A stretch of 64,000 nt of DNA, taken from contig OZ241740.1 of NCBI GenBank assembly GCA_965200975.1, positions 1,282,636 through 1,346,635 of the forward strand. The letters are read 5' to 3'. The DNA comes from Dehalococcoidia bacterium (GTDB lineage Bacteria; Chloroflexota; Dehalococcoidia; Lucifugimonadales; Australimonadaceae). The first letter of the stretch is position 1. Every line of letters begins with the position of its first letter. Position numbers and translations under genes: made by a program. This document shows positions 17,033-26,648 of the stretch, piece after piece. The notes beneath the pieces were generated by a model. It ran no database searches and had not been told where the DNA came from. It saw only the letters and a list, made by a program, of their open reading frames with translations.

Positions 17033-18004
17033 ATGCTTGACGACTTGGTGCAGACGATAGAGACGCTTCAGGAGCGTATAGCCAAGCACGCCGCTGAACT
17101 TGGCAGGAACGAGATACGCACACGCACGGTTCTGATCGACCCTCTATTGAAGGCGCTTGGTTGGGATGTCGCCGATCCGTCAGTAGTGTCGGTGGAGTTC
17201 GAGGCAGGGAACGGTCGCGCGGACTACGGCCTCTTACGTGGCTCTAACGCTCCGCCCGTAGTCCTGGTTGAAGCAAAAAAGCTCAACGAGCCGCTGAGTA
17301 GCCACGTGGGGCAATTGCTTACATACGCCCTGGAGAGAGGCGTTCCCTACGGATGCCTTACAGACGGCAATAAGTGGGAAGTGTACGACGTATTCCGGAT
17401 GGTGCCTATGGAGGAGAGAATAAAGCTCAGCGTCGCCATCAGCACCAGCGAAACTGCAAAAGCTGCACTCGCAATACTCGGGCTTTGGAGAAAGAGTCTC
17501 AAGGATGGGAGCTTTGAGGAAGCCGCGGAGCCGTTGCTTGAGACGATAGAGACGCCGGCGCCGCTGCCTCCAGCATTGCCTTCTGTAGTCGCCACGCTCC
17601 CAACAGAAGCGTCTCCGCCGCCTTCATCGCTATCTCCGGGATGGAAACGCTTGACTGACGGATCGTTCACGCACACACAGCCGGAGGTAATCCGTCTGCC
17701 TGATGGCTCCGCAGTGGATGCAAGTTCATGGGCAGCAGCCATGAGAGTAATTGCCGAATGGCTCCGTAGAGAAGGCAAATTGACTCCTGCACTAGTGGCG
17801 ACCCAACTCAATGGGAAGGCATTTATTAGCTCAGACGGGAAACAATTGAATGGGAAGAGCTACAGCGAGCCGTATAAAATTGCCGATGGAATAGTGCTCT
17901 CTATGCAGATGTCCGCGGACAATCATGCTCGCAATGCGAGAACGCTACTGACCGCCTGCGGATATGACCCGTCATCAGTGCATGTGAAAGTACAGTACTG
18001 GTAG
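17033..18004 (+). CDS. HsdR_N-type (PD-(D/E)xK fold) domain protein with Pro-rich linker and unknown C-terminal domain
   Basis: 323 aa. EIRTRTVLIDPLLKALGWDV...GRADYGLL...VVLVEAKKLN...TDGNKWEVY fits the type I HsdR N-terminal nuclease-fold pattern (D...EAK). GC is lower than in the flanks. Confidence 0.6.
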   Translation: MLDDLVQTIETLQERIAKHAAELGRNEIRTRTVLIDPLLKALGWDVADPSVVSVEFEAGNGRADYGLLRGSNAPPVVLVEAKKLNEPLSSHVGQLLTYALERGVPYGCLTDGNKWEVYDVFRMVPMEERIKLSVAISTSETAKAALAILGLWRKSLKDGSFEEAAEPLLETIETPAPLPPALPSVVATLPTEASPPPSSLSPGWKRLTDGSFTHTQPEVIRLPDGSAVDASSWAAAMRVIAEWLRREGKLTPALVATQLNGKAFISSDGKQLNGKSYSEPYKIADGIVLSMQMSADNHARNARTLLTACGYDPSSVHVKVQYW

Positions 18005-18256
18005 CCTGGCAACGCTAGCCTGCGCCTGACTCCTCCGTCTCCTGAGCTTCCAGCCAACAGCAGATGGCGTCCTGAACGTTGGCCTCCAGCTCGTCCAGGG
18101 GCCGCCTTGGAAGAAGCAACCCGGCAAGTCCAGCGCCTCTGCCCGGAAGCCGCCTTCGCTGTCACCTGCTGGAGCGCTTCGGCGTCGACCCCTCCACTGT
18201 GCTCCTGAAGTTCGCGTAGCCTCCCCGCCGTTCCCGCATCCGGTAGAATCCAGCGC

Positions 18257-19297
18257 ATGGCGGAGCGCATCGTATCGGGGAAAGCGCGCGACGAGGATAT
18301 CGGCGCGGAGGGCGGGCTTCGTCCGCGCCGGCTTGCCGACTACGTCGGGCAGGAGAAGGTGAAGGAGAACCTCACCATCGCGATGGCCGCCGCCCGGCAG
18401 CGCAGCGAGCCGCTCGACCATGTGCTGCTCTACGGCCCCCCCGGACTTGGCAAGACTACGCTGGCCAGCATCATCGCGGCTGAGATGGGCGCGCACATCC
18501 GCATCACTGCAGGCCCGGCTATCGAGCGTCCGGGCGATATGGCGTCGCTCCTGACGCAGGTCAAGCCCGGCGATGTGCTGTTCATCGACGAAGTGCACCG
18601 CCTCGGCAAGGTCGTCGAAGAGATCCTCTATCCGGCGATGGAGGACTATTCGCTCTCGTGGGTGATGGGGAAGGGCCTTCAGGCGCAGAGCATCAACCTG
18701 AAGGTCGAGCCGTTCACGCTGGTGGGCGCGACGACCCGCTACTCGATGCTGAGCGCGCCGCTGCGCGACCGGTTCGGCTCCGTCTACCGGCTCGATTACT
18801 ACGACCAGGCGGCGATGGAGGCGATCGTCGAGCGCTCGGCCGGCATTATGGGGCTGCCCATCGATGCCGGCGGCGTGCGCGAAGCGGCCCGGCGGGCGAG
18901 GGGAACGCCGCGCGTGGCGAACCGGCTGCTCCGCCGCATCCGCGACTACGCGCAGGTGCGCGCCGACGGGAAGGCGACCGAAGAGGTCGCATCTGAGGCG
19001 CTCGCCCTGCTGGAGGTCGACGCCCTCGGGCTCGACGAGGTCGACCACCGGCTGCTGACGACGATTGCAGAGAAGTACGACGGCGGGCCGGTGGGCATCG
19101 ACACGCTTGCGGCGTCGGTGGGAGAAGAGGCGGATACGCTGATGGACGTTTACGAGCCGTTCTTGATGCAGCTCGGGTTCTTGAGCCGGACGCCGCGGGG
19201 CCGGATGCTGACGAGGGCTGCCTACGACCATATCGGCGCTGCTCCGCCGTCGCGCCTGATAGCGAACCAGCCGACGATGTGGGAGACTCAGTCGTAG
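18257..19297 (+). CDS. ruvB: Holliday junction branch migration ATPase RuvB
   Basis: 346 aa. [24 protein letters not shown] (Walker A), LFIDEVHRL (Walker B) and the [13 protein letters not shown] sensor region are present. Confidence 0.95.
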   Translation: MAERIVSGKARDEDIGAEGGLRPRRLADYVGQEKVKENLTIAMAAARQRSEPLDHVLLYGPPGLGKTTLASIIAAEMGAHIRITAGPAIERPGDMASLLTQVKPGDVLFIDEVHRLGKVVEEILYPAMEDYSLSWVMGKGLQAQSINLKVEPFTLVGATTRYSMLSAPLRDRFGSVYRLDYYDQAAMEAIVERSAGIMGLPIDAGGVREAARRARGTPRVANRLLRRIRDYAQVRADGKATEEVASEALALLEVDALGLDEVDHRLLTTIAEKYDGGPVGIDTLAASVGEEADTLMDVYEPFLMQLGFLSRTPRGRMLTRAAYDHIGAAPPSRLIANQPTMWETQS

Positions 19298-19299
19298 AG

Positions 19300-19599
19300 A
19301 TGGGCGCGCTCACGAGCATAAGCACGGTTGCTGCGCTGGCGCTCGCGCTTGCCTCCGCTGCCTGCTCTGCGCCGCCGACTCCTACCCCCACACCGACGCC
19401 GACTCCTGCGCCTACGGCGACGCCCACGCCCACACCCACTGCGACGCCCACGCCTACGCCGACTCCTACGCCTACACCGACGGCGACGCCCACGCCTGCG
19501 CCGACTCCTGCCGCTGCGCTTGAGTCTACGCCCACGGCTACGGTTGCGCCTACGCCGACTCCTGCCGCTCCGCCTCCCGACGACGTGGGGCCTGCCTGA
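19300..19599 (+). CDS. lipoprotein signal peptide + Pro/Thr linker, ends at a TGA in frame with the DUF192 ORF
   Basis: [22 protein letters not shown] (lipobox-like) followed by about 70 aa of (P/T/A) repeats. The stop at 19597..19599 is in the same frame as ORF 19621..19992. Confidence 0.4.
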   Translation: MGALTSISTVAALALALASAACSAPPTPTPTPTPTPAPTATPTPTPTATPTPTPTPTPTPTATPTPAPTPAAALESTPTATVAPTPTPAAPPPDDVGPA

Positions 19600-19620
19600 C
19601 CGTTCGAGGCGGGGCTGCCG

Positions 19621-19992
19621 GTGGCGGCAGTCGAGGTGGGCGGAACGTCGTTTCTGGTCGAGGTCGCGGACACGCCATCGGCGCGGCAGCAGGGGCTGAG
19701 CGGGAGGGAGTCGCTGGGGGCGGAGTGCGGAATGTGGTTCGTGTTCGCCCAGCCGCAGGTGGCGACGTTCTGGATGAAGGAGATGCAGTTTCCGCTCGAC
19801 ATCGTGTGGGTTACGGACGAACTGCAGATCGCGGGCGTCGCCGCCGACGTTCCGGCGCCGGGCACGCCGAACTCGGCGCTGCCGCGGTACTCGTCGGGGA
19901 TTCCGGTGCGCTACGTGCTGGAGATCAACGCAGGGATGGCGGCGGAGCTTGGCATCGAGCCGGGCGACGCGGTAGTGGTTGCTGATTCGTAG
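19621..19992 (+). CDS. DUF192 domain protein
   Basis: 123 aa with a GTG start. FLVEVADTPSARQQGLSGRESL..GMWFVF......FWMKEMQFPLDIVWV is the conserved DUF192 core. Confidence 0.75.
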   Translation: MAAVEVGGTSFLVEVADTPSARQQGLSGRESLGAECGMWFVFAQPQVATFWMKEMQFPLDIVWVTDELQIAGVAADVPAPGTPNSALPRYSSGIPVRYVLEINAGMAAELGIEPGDAVVVADS

Positions 19993-20016
19993 ACGCTGCC
20001 GGAATGACTTCGAATC

Positions 20017-20055
20017 GAGAGGGGCACGCGTCCGCACCAGGACGCCGCCCCTCTC
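20017..20055. terminator. GC-rich hairpin between convergent genes
   Basis: GAGAGGGGC...GCCCCTCTC 9-bp stem enclosing a second GCGTC/GACGC stem. It lies between the stops at 19992 (+) and 20094 (-). Confidence 0.4.
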
Positions 20056-20093
20056 CGTTGCACGCGCCTTGCCGCAACCTCTAGCGGAAGAAG

Positions 20094-20915
20094 TCAGCTC
20101 TCAGCAGGGGCGTCCGGAGCGAGGCTTGGCGTGGGGGTCGGTGTGGGTGTGGGCGTGGGCGTCGGGTATGGAGTCGATGCAGGGGGCGCGGAGATGATAT
20201 TCGGTTCATCGATGCCGGAGAATGTCATCGTAGCCCAGAATCGCCCTCCCAGCGCAAGTTGCTCATCCATGCTGCCATACACCCGGATAACCCCCGTGCT
20301 ATCGACCCACACATCGTGGATGGTTGTCTCACTAAAGACAGGTTGCTCTACATCGTAATGCGGAGTAGGCATTGGCCCTAGCGTATCCGTCAGCCGGTAG
20401 TGGTCTGCTATTCGACCGTCGTCCAGAGTCTCAATCCCGACGTAGACGTAGTTGTCCTTTAGGTAATATGGCGTCTCGCATGGGCCTTCGGATTGCAGTG
20501 TGTCGGCCGAGGTTGATTCGGATTCGGGATACGCTTCCGACATCCATACGGTATCGCTCACTCCCAGGAAGTCATTTCTATGAGTTCCTCTTTCATAACG
20601 AGTGTTGTCCTTGAATATGCGCTCGGACAGTACTGTTCCGTCAGAAGCTACATCAAGCTGGTGTTCGCTCTCATCGATCCTGTTGTACCTGCCTTCAAAT
20701 GTCATACCACCGTCATCGAATTCCAGGAGGGTGTCAAAATGCTGTCGGGGAGAATTGCCGCAAGTCTCAGACGCATTCAACCAGGCGAAGCCTGCAGCCG
20801 TGATGGCCATGATGGCCAGCAGTAGTCCTATGGCAATTCCGATCTTATCTGCCAAAGGCAGCCTCTCCTGGTCTCCGCGTCTCGCTTCCCTCGACGCTTG
20901 GGATGGGAGCCTCAC
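20094..20915 (-). CDS. hypothetical membrane-anchored exported protein with C-terminal PT tail
   Basis: ORF 20094..21080 trimmed to GTG 20915 (GTGA overlap with the NIPSNAP stop). One N-terminal TM helix (IGIAIGLLLAIMAITAAGFAW), an unrecognised ~200-aa domain in a clearly lower-GC stretch, and a [16 protein letters not shown] tail. Confidence 0.55.
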   Translation of the reverse strand: MRLPSQASREARRGDQERLPLADKIGIAIGLLLAIMAITAAGFAWLNASETCGNSPRQHFDTLLEFDDGGMTFEGRYNRIDESEHQLDVASDGTVLSERIFKDNTRYERGTHRNDFLGVSDTVWMSEAYPESESTSADTLQSEGPCETPYYLKDNYVYVGIETLDDGRIADHYRLTDTLGPMPTPHYDVEQPVFSETTIHDVWVDSTGVIRVYGSMDEQLALGGRFWATMTFSGIDEPNIISAPPASTPYPTPTPTPTPTPTPSLAPDAPAES

Positions 20916-21247
20916 CCCTTGGGCGCGGGGTCGGGGGAGAACGGCGCCAGGCTCCATATCGCGTTCTGAATGCCGGCGACTATCAGCCCGTCCTTCTCCG
21001 ACTCGGCGAACGCGCGGATACGCTCCGGGTCGTCGCGGAACACTGCCCACTTGGCGAGGCGTTCGGCGTCGTCTTCCCATGCCAGCATGTAGTGGAACTT
21101 GCGATTGTCGCCGATAGCCTCCGTCCAGTAGCCCACGGGACGGAACCCGTGCTTGAGGAAGAGCTCGTGGGTGACGTTTGCGAATCGGTCGACCACTGCG
21201 CGGAGCTTGCCCGGCATCGCCTCGTACGTGCGCATTTCGTAAATCAT
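20912..21247 (-). CDS. NIPSNAP family protein
   Basis: ORF trimmed to MIYEMRTYEAMPGKL (ATG 21247). Typical NIPSNAP N-terminus; 111 aa. Confidence 0.8.
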   Translation of the reverse strand: MIYEMRTYEAMPGKLRAVVDRFANVTHELFLKHGFRPVGYWTEAIGDNRKFHYMLAWEDDAERLAKWAVFRDDPERIRAFAESEKDGLIVAGIQNAIWSLAPFSPDPAPKG

Positions 21248-21301
21248 GGGGACGTTCTCCTGTAACGCTTCAGGGGGAGTGTACAATGACGCTTGCTACA
21301 G

Positions 21302-21375
21302 TGCCCCGTGGTGTAGCGGTAGCACAACAGACTTTGAATCTGTTGGCCCAGGTTCGATCCCTGGCGGGGCAGCCA
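21302..21375 (+). tRNA. tRNA-Gln (anticodon UUG), CCA encoded
   Basis: Hand-folded cloverleaf: acceptor TGCCCCG/CGGGGCA, D arm GTGT-AGCGGTA-GCAC, anticodon arm ACAGA-CTTTGAA-TCTGT, T arm CCAGG-TTCGATC-CCTGG, discriminator G, CCA. 74 nt. Confidence 0.9.
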
Positions 21376-21418
21376 ACCGAACAGCAGACGCCGCACGGAC
21401 GGAGCAGGGGGAACGACG

Positions 21419-22747
21419 ATGCTGACGCGAGAGCAGAATGAACGATTGACCCGCGTAGGGCCGGGCACGCCGATGGGCGAGTTGATGCGCCGCTACTGGC
21501 ATCCCATCGCCGGCAGCGCAGAGCTCGACGCCGACAATCCCACCAAAGAGGTCCGCCTGCTCGGCGAGGATATAGTGCTTTTTCGCTCGGCCAGGGGCGT
21601 CGTCGGGGCGGTGGAGCCGTCGTGCGCGCACCGGAAGGCGAATCTCGCGTACGGCGTTCCGGAGGAGAACGGTATTCGGTGCGCCTATCATGGGTGGATT
21701 TTCGACGAGCGCGGGCAGTGCGTCGATCAGCCGTCGGAGCCTGAAGGGTCGAAGTTCAAGGAGAAGGTGCGTATCAAGGCGTACAAGGCGCAGGAGCTTG
21801 CCGGGGTGATATGGGTGTATATGGGCCCGGAGCCCGCGCCGCTGCTGCCCCGCTACGACATGCTGGTCTGGCCGGGCGTCCGCTCCACGTGGTCGGTCGA
21901 GCTGCCGTGCAACTGGCTGCAGTGCATGGAGAACTCCGTCGACCCGCTGCACTTTCAGTGGCTGCACCGCTACTGGGGCGGCTGGCAGATGAACAAGCTG
22001 ATGCCGCCCGAAGAGCGCAACGCCTGGAACCGGCAGGTGGGCGGCCGCGGGGCCGACCATCGGAAGATAGGCTTCGAGGTTACGGACTACGGCGTGATCA
22101 AGCGCCGGCTCGTCGGAAATGAGACCGAAGAGAGCGACCACTGGCGGATGGGGCATCCCGTCTTCTTCCCCCACATCCTCCGCATTGGGCAAGACCTGCA
22201 GTGCAGAGTCCCTGTCGACGACACCCACACGCTGCACTTCATGCTGGAGTGGCGGGCGCTGCGTCCGGGCGAGACCCCGAACGACTACATTCCACACGAG
22301 AGCATCGAGGCGTTCGATGAGGACGGGAAGATACGGCGGGACTTCATCATTGGGCAGGACCAGGTTGCGTGGATCATTCAGGGCACCGTCGCCGACCGCA
22401 CGACCGAACGGCTCGGGGTGGGGGACGTCGGCATCATCATGTACCGCCGCCTGCTTGCGGAGCAGATGGCGATCGTCGCCGAAGGGCGCGACCCGATGAA
22501 CACGTATCGCGACCCGTCGCAGAACGAGATCATCATCGCGCCGTGCGAGAGCTTCGACTATCCGGGCTACGAAGGGATTCCGCGCGGGCCGTTCCGCGAC
22601 ATCGTGGTGAACAACACGGTGGAGGCAGTGCTGTCGGGGGTGGGCGAGGAGTTGGAGGAGTTCGCTGAAGCGAACTCCGTGCCCGAGACGCCGGGGCAGT
22701 TCTCGCTGCTTACTCCGCGCCTCAAGCACGACATTCACGCTTCCTGA
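21419..22747 (+). CDS. Rieske oxygenase alpha subunit, paralogue R3
   Basis: 442 aa. MLTREQNERLTRVGPGTPMGELMRRYWHP; CAHRKANLAYGVPEENGIRCAYHGW; ENSVDPLHFQWLH. Confidence 0.9.
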   Translation: MLTREQNERLTRVGPGTPMGELMRRYWHPIAGSAELDADNPTKEVRLLGEDIVLFRSARGVVGAVEPSCAHRKANLAYGVPEENGIRCAYHGWIFDERGQCVDQPSEPEGSKFKEKVRIKAYKAQELAGVIWVYMGPEPAPLLPRYDMLVWPGVRSTWSVELPCNWLQCMENSVDPLHFQWLHRYWGGWQMNKLMPPEERNAWNRQVGGRGADHRKIGFEVTDYGVIKRRLVGNETEESDHWRMGHPVFFPHILRIGQDLQCRVPVDDTHTLHFMLEWRALRPGETPNDYIPHESIEAFDEDGKIRRDFIIGQDQVAWIIQGTVADRTTERLGVGDVGIIMYRRLLAEQMAIVAEGRDPMNTYRDPSQNEIIIAPCESFDYPGYEGIPRGPFRDIVVNNTVEAVLSGVGEELEEFAEANSVPETPGQFSLLTPRLKHDIHAS

Positions 22748-22844
22748 ATCCGCGTCACGGCGTCCGCGCGGCAGGTCAGCGCCGCGGATCCGGGAGAGCG
22801 CGTTCGCTGCCCCAGACCCGCTCGTAACGACTCGTAACCGCGCC

Positions 22845-24077
22845 CTACGCGAGATGGGCGGGAACTGCGACCTGGCGTTCGAGGAGGATTTCGCGCTGCT
22901 CGCGGGCGGATTGCATCATGGCGAGCTGCACCTCGAGGGTCGCCATCCCCCATCTGCCGTCGTGGAAGATCGGCTCGCCGTTTACGATGCCGTTGTACGC
23001 CTCGCGCAACGTTGGATCGCCCTCGCCGTGCTCCTCCGCGAGCGGCTCCTCGCGCAGGCCGGCGTCGCTGTAGACATAGATGCCGTTCGGGGACTGCCGG
23101 AGCGCGCCGCGTTCGCAGGTGACGATAAGCAGCCCAAGGTCGCTCTGAAAGCGGGCCGTGCCTGCTCCCTGGGCGAGTTCGCCCGCCGCAGGCCGCTGCC
23201 CCTGCATACTGGCGACGCGCATCTGCTCTTTCGCCTGCTCCTGGTCCCACTCTCCGGCGTTGATGGCGTTGCGCAGGCGCGCGCGGCTCTGGGCGTTGGC
23301 GCCGGCTTCCATCTCCCACGGCAGCAGCTCGGCGGCGAGAAAGTAGCCGTAGGCGTTGTAGATGATGGTTGCGGGCGCGCCGCTCTCGAACTCGAGGTAG
23401 GCCGTGTAGTAGCCGGGCGCGCCCATACGTCCGGGCATCCATGCGCCGACCGCGCCGCGGACGCTGCGGACAAGCCCGCCTCCAAGGAAGCGTAGCGAAT
23501 CGATCTGGTGCGGCGCTTGCCGGAAAGCCACGCCTCCGCCCCGCGCAGCGTCGACCTCCTCAGGCATACGCGGGCGCAGCATCCAGTCGGTGAACGACAT
23601 AACGTTCATCGCCCGGATGGGCCCGACTTCGCCGGAGCGCACAATGCGCCACATCGTCTGCACCGGCGGATCGAACGCGCGAGTGTGGCCGGAGAGAAGC
23701 TTGACGCCGTTGCGCTCCGCGGCCTCCACCATCTGCGCCGCCTCATCGAGAGTGAGCGCCATCGGCTTTTCGACGACGACGTGTTTCCCGTGGTCGGCGG
23801 CGAGGACGGCGTGCGGACAGTGGAAGTGGTTGGGGGTCGCTATCCATACGGCGTCGACGTTGGGGTCGCTGCAGAGCTCTTCCACGCTTGTGTAAGCGCT
23901 GCCCCCAAAGTCGCGCTGGAACGCCTCGAGGGCCTGCGTCCGGAGGTCGGCGGCGGCGACGACCTCAATGCGGGGAGTGTCGCGCATAGCGTTGAGCACG
24001 CCTCCGCCGGCGTTGCCGATGCCGATTACGCCAAAGCGCAGAGCCGGTGCGTCTGAGGATGGGGCGGGAGTGGTCAT
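22845..24077 (-). CDS. Gfo/Idh/MocA family oxidoreductase
   Basis: 410 aa with RFGVIGIGNAGGG Rossmann start and VVVEKPMAL (EKP motif). Confidence 0.85.
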   Translation of the reverse strand: MTTPAPSSDAPALRFGVIGIGNAGGGVLNAMRDTPRIEVVAAADLRTQALEAFQRDFGGSAYTSVEELCSDPNVDAVWIATPNHFHCPHAVLAADHGKHVVVEKPMALTLDEAAQMVEAAERNGVKLLSGHTRAFDPPVQTMWRIVRSGEVGPIRAMNVMSFTDWMLRPRMPEEVDAARGGGVAFRQAPHQIDSLRFLGGGLVRSVRGAVGAWMPGRMGAPGYYTAYLEFESGAPATIIYNAYGYFLAAELLPWEMEAGANAQSRARLRNAINAGEWDQEQAKEQMRVASMQGQRPAAGELAQGAGTARFQSDLGLLIVTCERGALRQSPNGIYVYSDAGLREEPLAEEHGEGDPTLREAYNGIVNGEPIFHDGRWGMATLEVQLAMMQSAREQREILLERQVAVPAHLA

Positions 24078-24211
24078 AGCAGGACCTCCGGGGATTCATA
24101 AGCGGGCGGGGCGCTATCTGGTAGCATACGCCTGCAACCGAACCAGAGCACGATGGAGAGCAAGATGGAGGAGCTCCCTCCTCCGCGCAAGAGCCGCAAG
24201 AGACTACGCAT

Positions 24212-25810
24212 ATGCCCTCGATGACCGCAGGCCAGGCGCTGATCCGCTCCCTCTACCGGGAGGGCGTTCGGGTCGTGTTCGGGCTGCCCGGCGTGCAAAT
24301 GTACCACGCGCTCGACCCGATCTACGACCAGCCGGGCATGCGTTTCATCACGGTGCGGCACGAGCAGGCGACGGCGTATATGGCCGACGGCTATACGCGG
24401 GCGGGAGGAGGCGTCGGCATGGCGCTCGTCGTGCCGGGGCCCGGGCTGCTCAACGCCTCCGCGGCCATCGGCACGGCCTACGCGGCGTCGTCGCCCATCC
24501 TGGTGCTCTCAGGGCAGGTGCAGAAAGACCTCATCGGGTTCGACCGCGGCATTCTGCACGAAGTCAACGATCAGATGGACGCAATCCGGCCCATAACAAA
24601 GGCGGCCTACCGCATTATGGACGCCGCGGAGGTCCCGGGCGTGGTGCATGAGGCGTTCAGGCAGCTGCGGACGGGGCGCCCGCGTCCTGTCGAGATCGAG
24701 ATACCGCCCGAAACGCTCGCCGAGATTGCGGAGATCGACCTGCTCGAACCGGGGGACTACCGGCGGGAGGCGGCCCCGGACGCAGATGTCGAGCGCGCTG
24801 CGTCGACGCTGGCGCAGGCGCGCAATCCGCTTATCTGGGCCGGCGGCGGGGTCATCTCGTCCGGCGCGTCGGAGGCGCTCCTGCGAGTCGCGGAACGCTT
24901 GCAGTCGCCGGTGATTACCACGCACGAGGGGAAGGGCGCGATACCGGACTCGCACTACCTGAGCATGGGGTCGCTGAAGTCGCGCGCGGACGACTTCCGC
25001 AGCCGTCTTCAGCATCACGACGTCTTCCTGGCCGTCGGGACGCGTTTCGCGACGGCGATGCTGGAGCACGACGCCAGGGTGGTGCAGATCGACATCGACC
25101 CCGACGAAATAGGGCGGAACTACGCCGATACGCTCGGCCTCGAAGGCGACGCCCGCCTGACGCTGGAGAAGCTGGCGGACGCGTTGGCGGACGCCGGGCC
25201 TCCTGCGCCAAGCCGCCGCGAAGAGATGGAGGCGCTGCGCGCCGACCGGTTCGGCCCTGCGCTCCGCATAGAGCCGCTCGACTCTTACCTGAAGGCTGTG
25301 CGCGCCGCCATTCCCGACGACGGCATCCTCGTAGCGGGCATGACGCAGATCGGGTACTACAGCCGTCTCTTCTACCCGGTGGAGCAGCCGGGGACATACT
25401 TGAACTCGTCGTATTTCGGCAATCTGGGGTTCGCGTGGCCTACGGCGCTCGGGGCCAAGGTCGCGCAGCCCGGGAAGGCGGTTGTGTGCGTCTCAGGCGA
25501 CGGCGGGTTCCTCTTCAACTCGCAGGAGCTGGCGACTGCGGTGCAGCACCGCATCAATGCGGTGGTCGTGGTGTTCAACGACAACGCCTACGGCAACGTT
25601 ATGCGCGACCAGGAGCAGCGGTTCGCGGGCCGCGTCGTGGGGGCGACCCTGCATAACCCGGACTTCGTGGCGCTCGCGCAAGCGTACGGCGCGCGAGGCG
25701 TGCGCGCGGAGAGCGCGCCTGCGCTCGAGGCGGCCATTCGCGAGGGCGTCGACGCGGATCTCCCTACGCTGATTGAAGTTCCCATGGGGCCTGTAGAGTC
25801 TCCGCTATAG
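24212..25810 (+). CDS. thiamine-diphosphate enzyme (acetolactate synthase-like family)
   Basis: 532 aa. N-terminal GVRVVFGLPGVQ..HEQATAYMADGY, plus GDGGFLFNSQELATAVQHRINAVVVVFNDNAYG (ThDP-binding GDG..NN motif). Confidence 0.85.
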   Translation: MPSMTAGQALIRSLYREGVRVVFGLPGVQMYHALDPIYDQPGMRFITVRHEQATAYMADGYTRAGGGVGMALVVPGPGLLNASAAIGTAYAASSPILVLSGQVQKDLIGFDRGILHEVNDQMDAIRPITKAAYRIMDAAEVPGVVHEAFRQLRTGRPRPVEIEIPPETLAEIAEIDLLEPGDYRREAAPDADVERAASTLAQARNPLIWAGGGVISSGASEALLRVAERLQSPVITTHEGKGAIPDSHYLSMGSLKSRADDFRSRLQHHDVFLAVGTRFATAMLEHDARVVQIDIDPDEIGRNYADTLGLEGDARLTLEKLADALADAGPPAPSRREEMEALRADRFGPALRIEPLDSYLKAVRAAIPDDGILVAGMTQIGYYSRLFYPVEQPGTYLNSSYFGNLGFAWPTALGAKVAQPGKAVVCVSGDGGFLFNSQELATAVQHRINAVVVVFNDNAYGNVMRDQEQRFAGRVVGATLHNPDFVALAQAYGARGVRAESAPALEAAIREGVDADLPTLIEVPMGPVESPL

Positions 25811-25860
25811 GCGCCGCAGCTCCGTTCAGCGCATTCTTTTTCCAAGGGCGCATCACTGGC

Positions 25861-26643
25861 ATGTCCGAAAACATCACGCTTGAACTGGGATACGTGTCGC
25901 TGAAGGGCGCGCGGAACGGACAAGGGCCGCGCGCGCTCTACATCCACGACGAGCTCGACTCCGGCTGGATTCCGTTTCTCGACGCGCTTGCGGACTCCTT
26001 CGAGACGCTCGCAATCGAGCTGCCGGGCTTTGGAGCGTCGGAGCGGCCGGAGTGGGCCGAAACTATCGACGACTACGCCTACATCATCGCCGACGTTGCG
26101 GACAGCCTGGCTGCGGACGGACCGCTGGCGCTCGTCGGCGCCGGGCTTGGCGGATGGCTCGCGGTGGAGGCAGCCGTTCGGGGAGCGCCGGTCGACGCGC
26201 TTGTCGCGATTGGCGCGCCGGGCGTCGACCTCCCCGGCGACCCGCCGGTCGACTACTTCGTGCTGCTGCCGCACGAGCGCGCTCCTTTGTTCTTCGATGC
26301 GCCTGCCGACTACGCTCCGGAGGTGGACGAGGACACGGCGATCCGCAACGAGAGCGTCACGGCGCGGCTGGTGTGGCAGCCGCGATACGTCAACCCGGGG
26401 CTGGAGCGGCGGCTGCATCGCGTGAAAGCGCCAACGCTCACGCTGTGGGGCGAGAACGACCGCTTCCTGTCGCGCGCGCACGGCGAAGCGCTGGCGCGGG
26501 GAGTCGTGAACGGCGAGTTTGCCGTCGTGCCGGCGTCCGGCCACTTCCCGGCCCGGGAGAACCCGCAGGCTGCGAGCAGTCTGACGCGGCGGTTCCTGCG
26601 CGGCGCGCTCGGGGGCGGAGCAGCAGAGAGCGGAGGAGGGTAG
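25861..26643 (+). CDS. alpha/beta-hydrolase fold protein with atypical nucleophile elbow
   Basis: 260 aa. Meta-cleavage-hydrolase-like layout with C-terminal SGHFPARENP (His), but the GxSxG position reads G-A-G-L-G (26137..26151). Confidence 0.75.
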   Translation: MSENITLELGYVSLKGARNGQGPRALYIHDELDSGWIPFLDALADSFETLAIELPGFGASERPEWAETIDDYAYIIADVADSLAADGPLALVGAGLGGWLAVEAAVRGAPVDALVAIGAPGVDLPGDPPVDYFVLLPHERAPLFFDAPADYAPEVDEDTAIRNESVTARLVWQPRYVNPGLERRLHRVKAPTLTLWGENDRFLSRAHGEALARGVVNGEFAVVPASGHFPARENPQAASSLTRRFLRGALGGGAAESGGG

Positions 26644-26648
26644 GGGCT

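Noticed and set aside
19597-19599. The in-frame TGA could be selenocysteine or a reassigned codon.
   Set aside because: I saw no SECIS-like hairpin immediately downstream. TGA ends many well-supported genes in this window, so reassignment is excluded. The position is in a linker rather than a redox active site.
21302-21375. tRNA-Gln could be an integration site for a genomic island or prophage.
   Set aside because: No integrase, excisionase or duplicated tRNA 3'-end (att) repeat was noticed on either side. The flanking genes are a NIPSNAP gene and a normal-composition Rieske paralogue.
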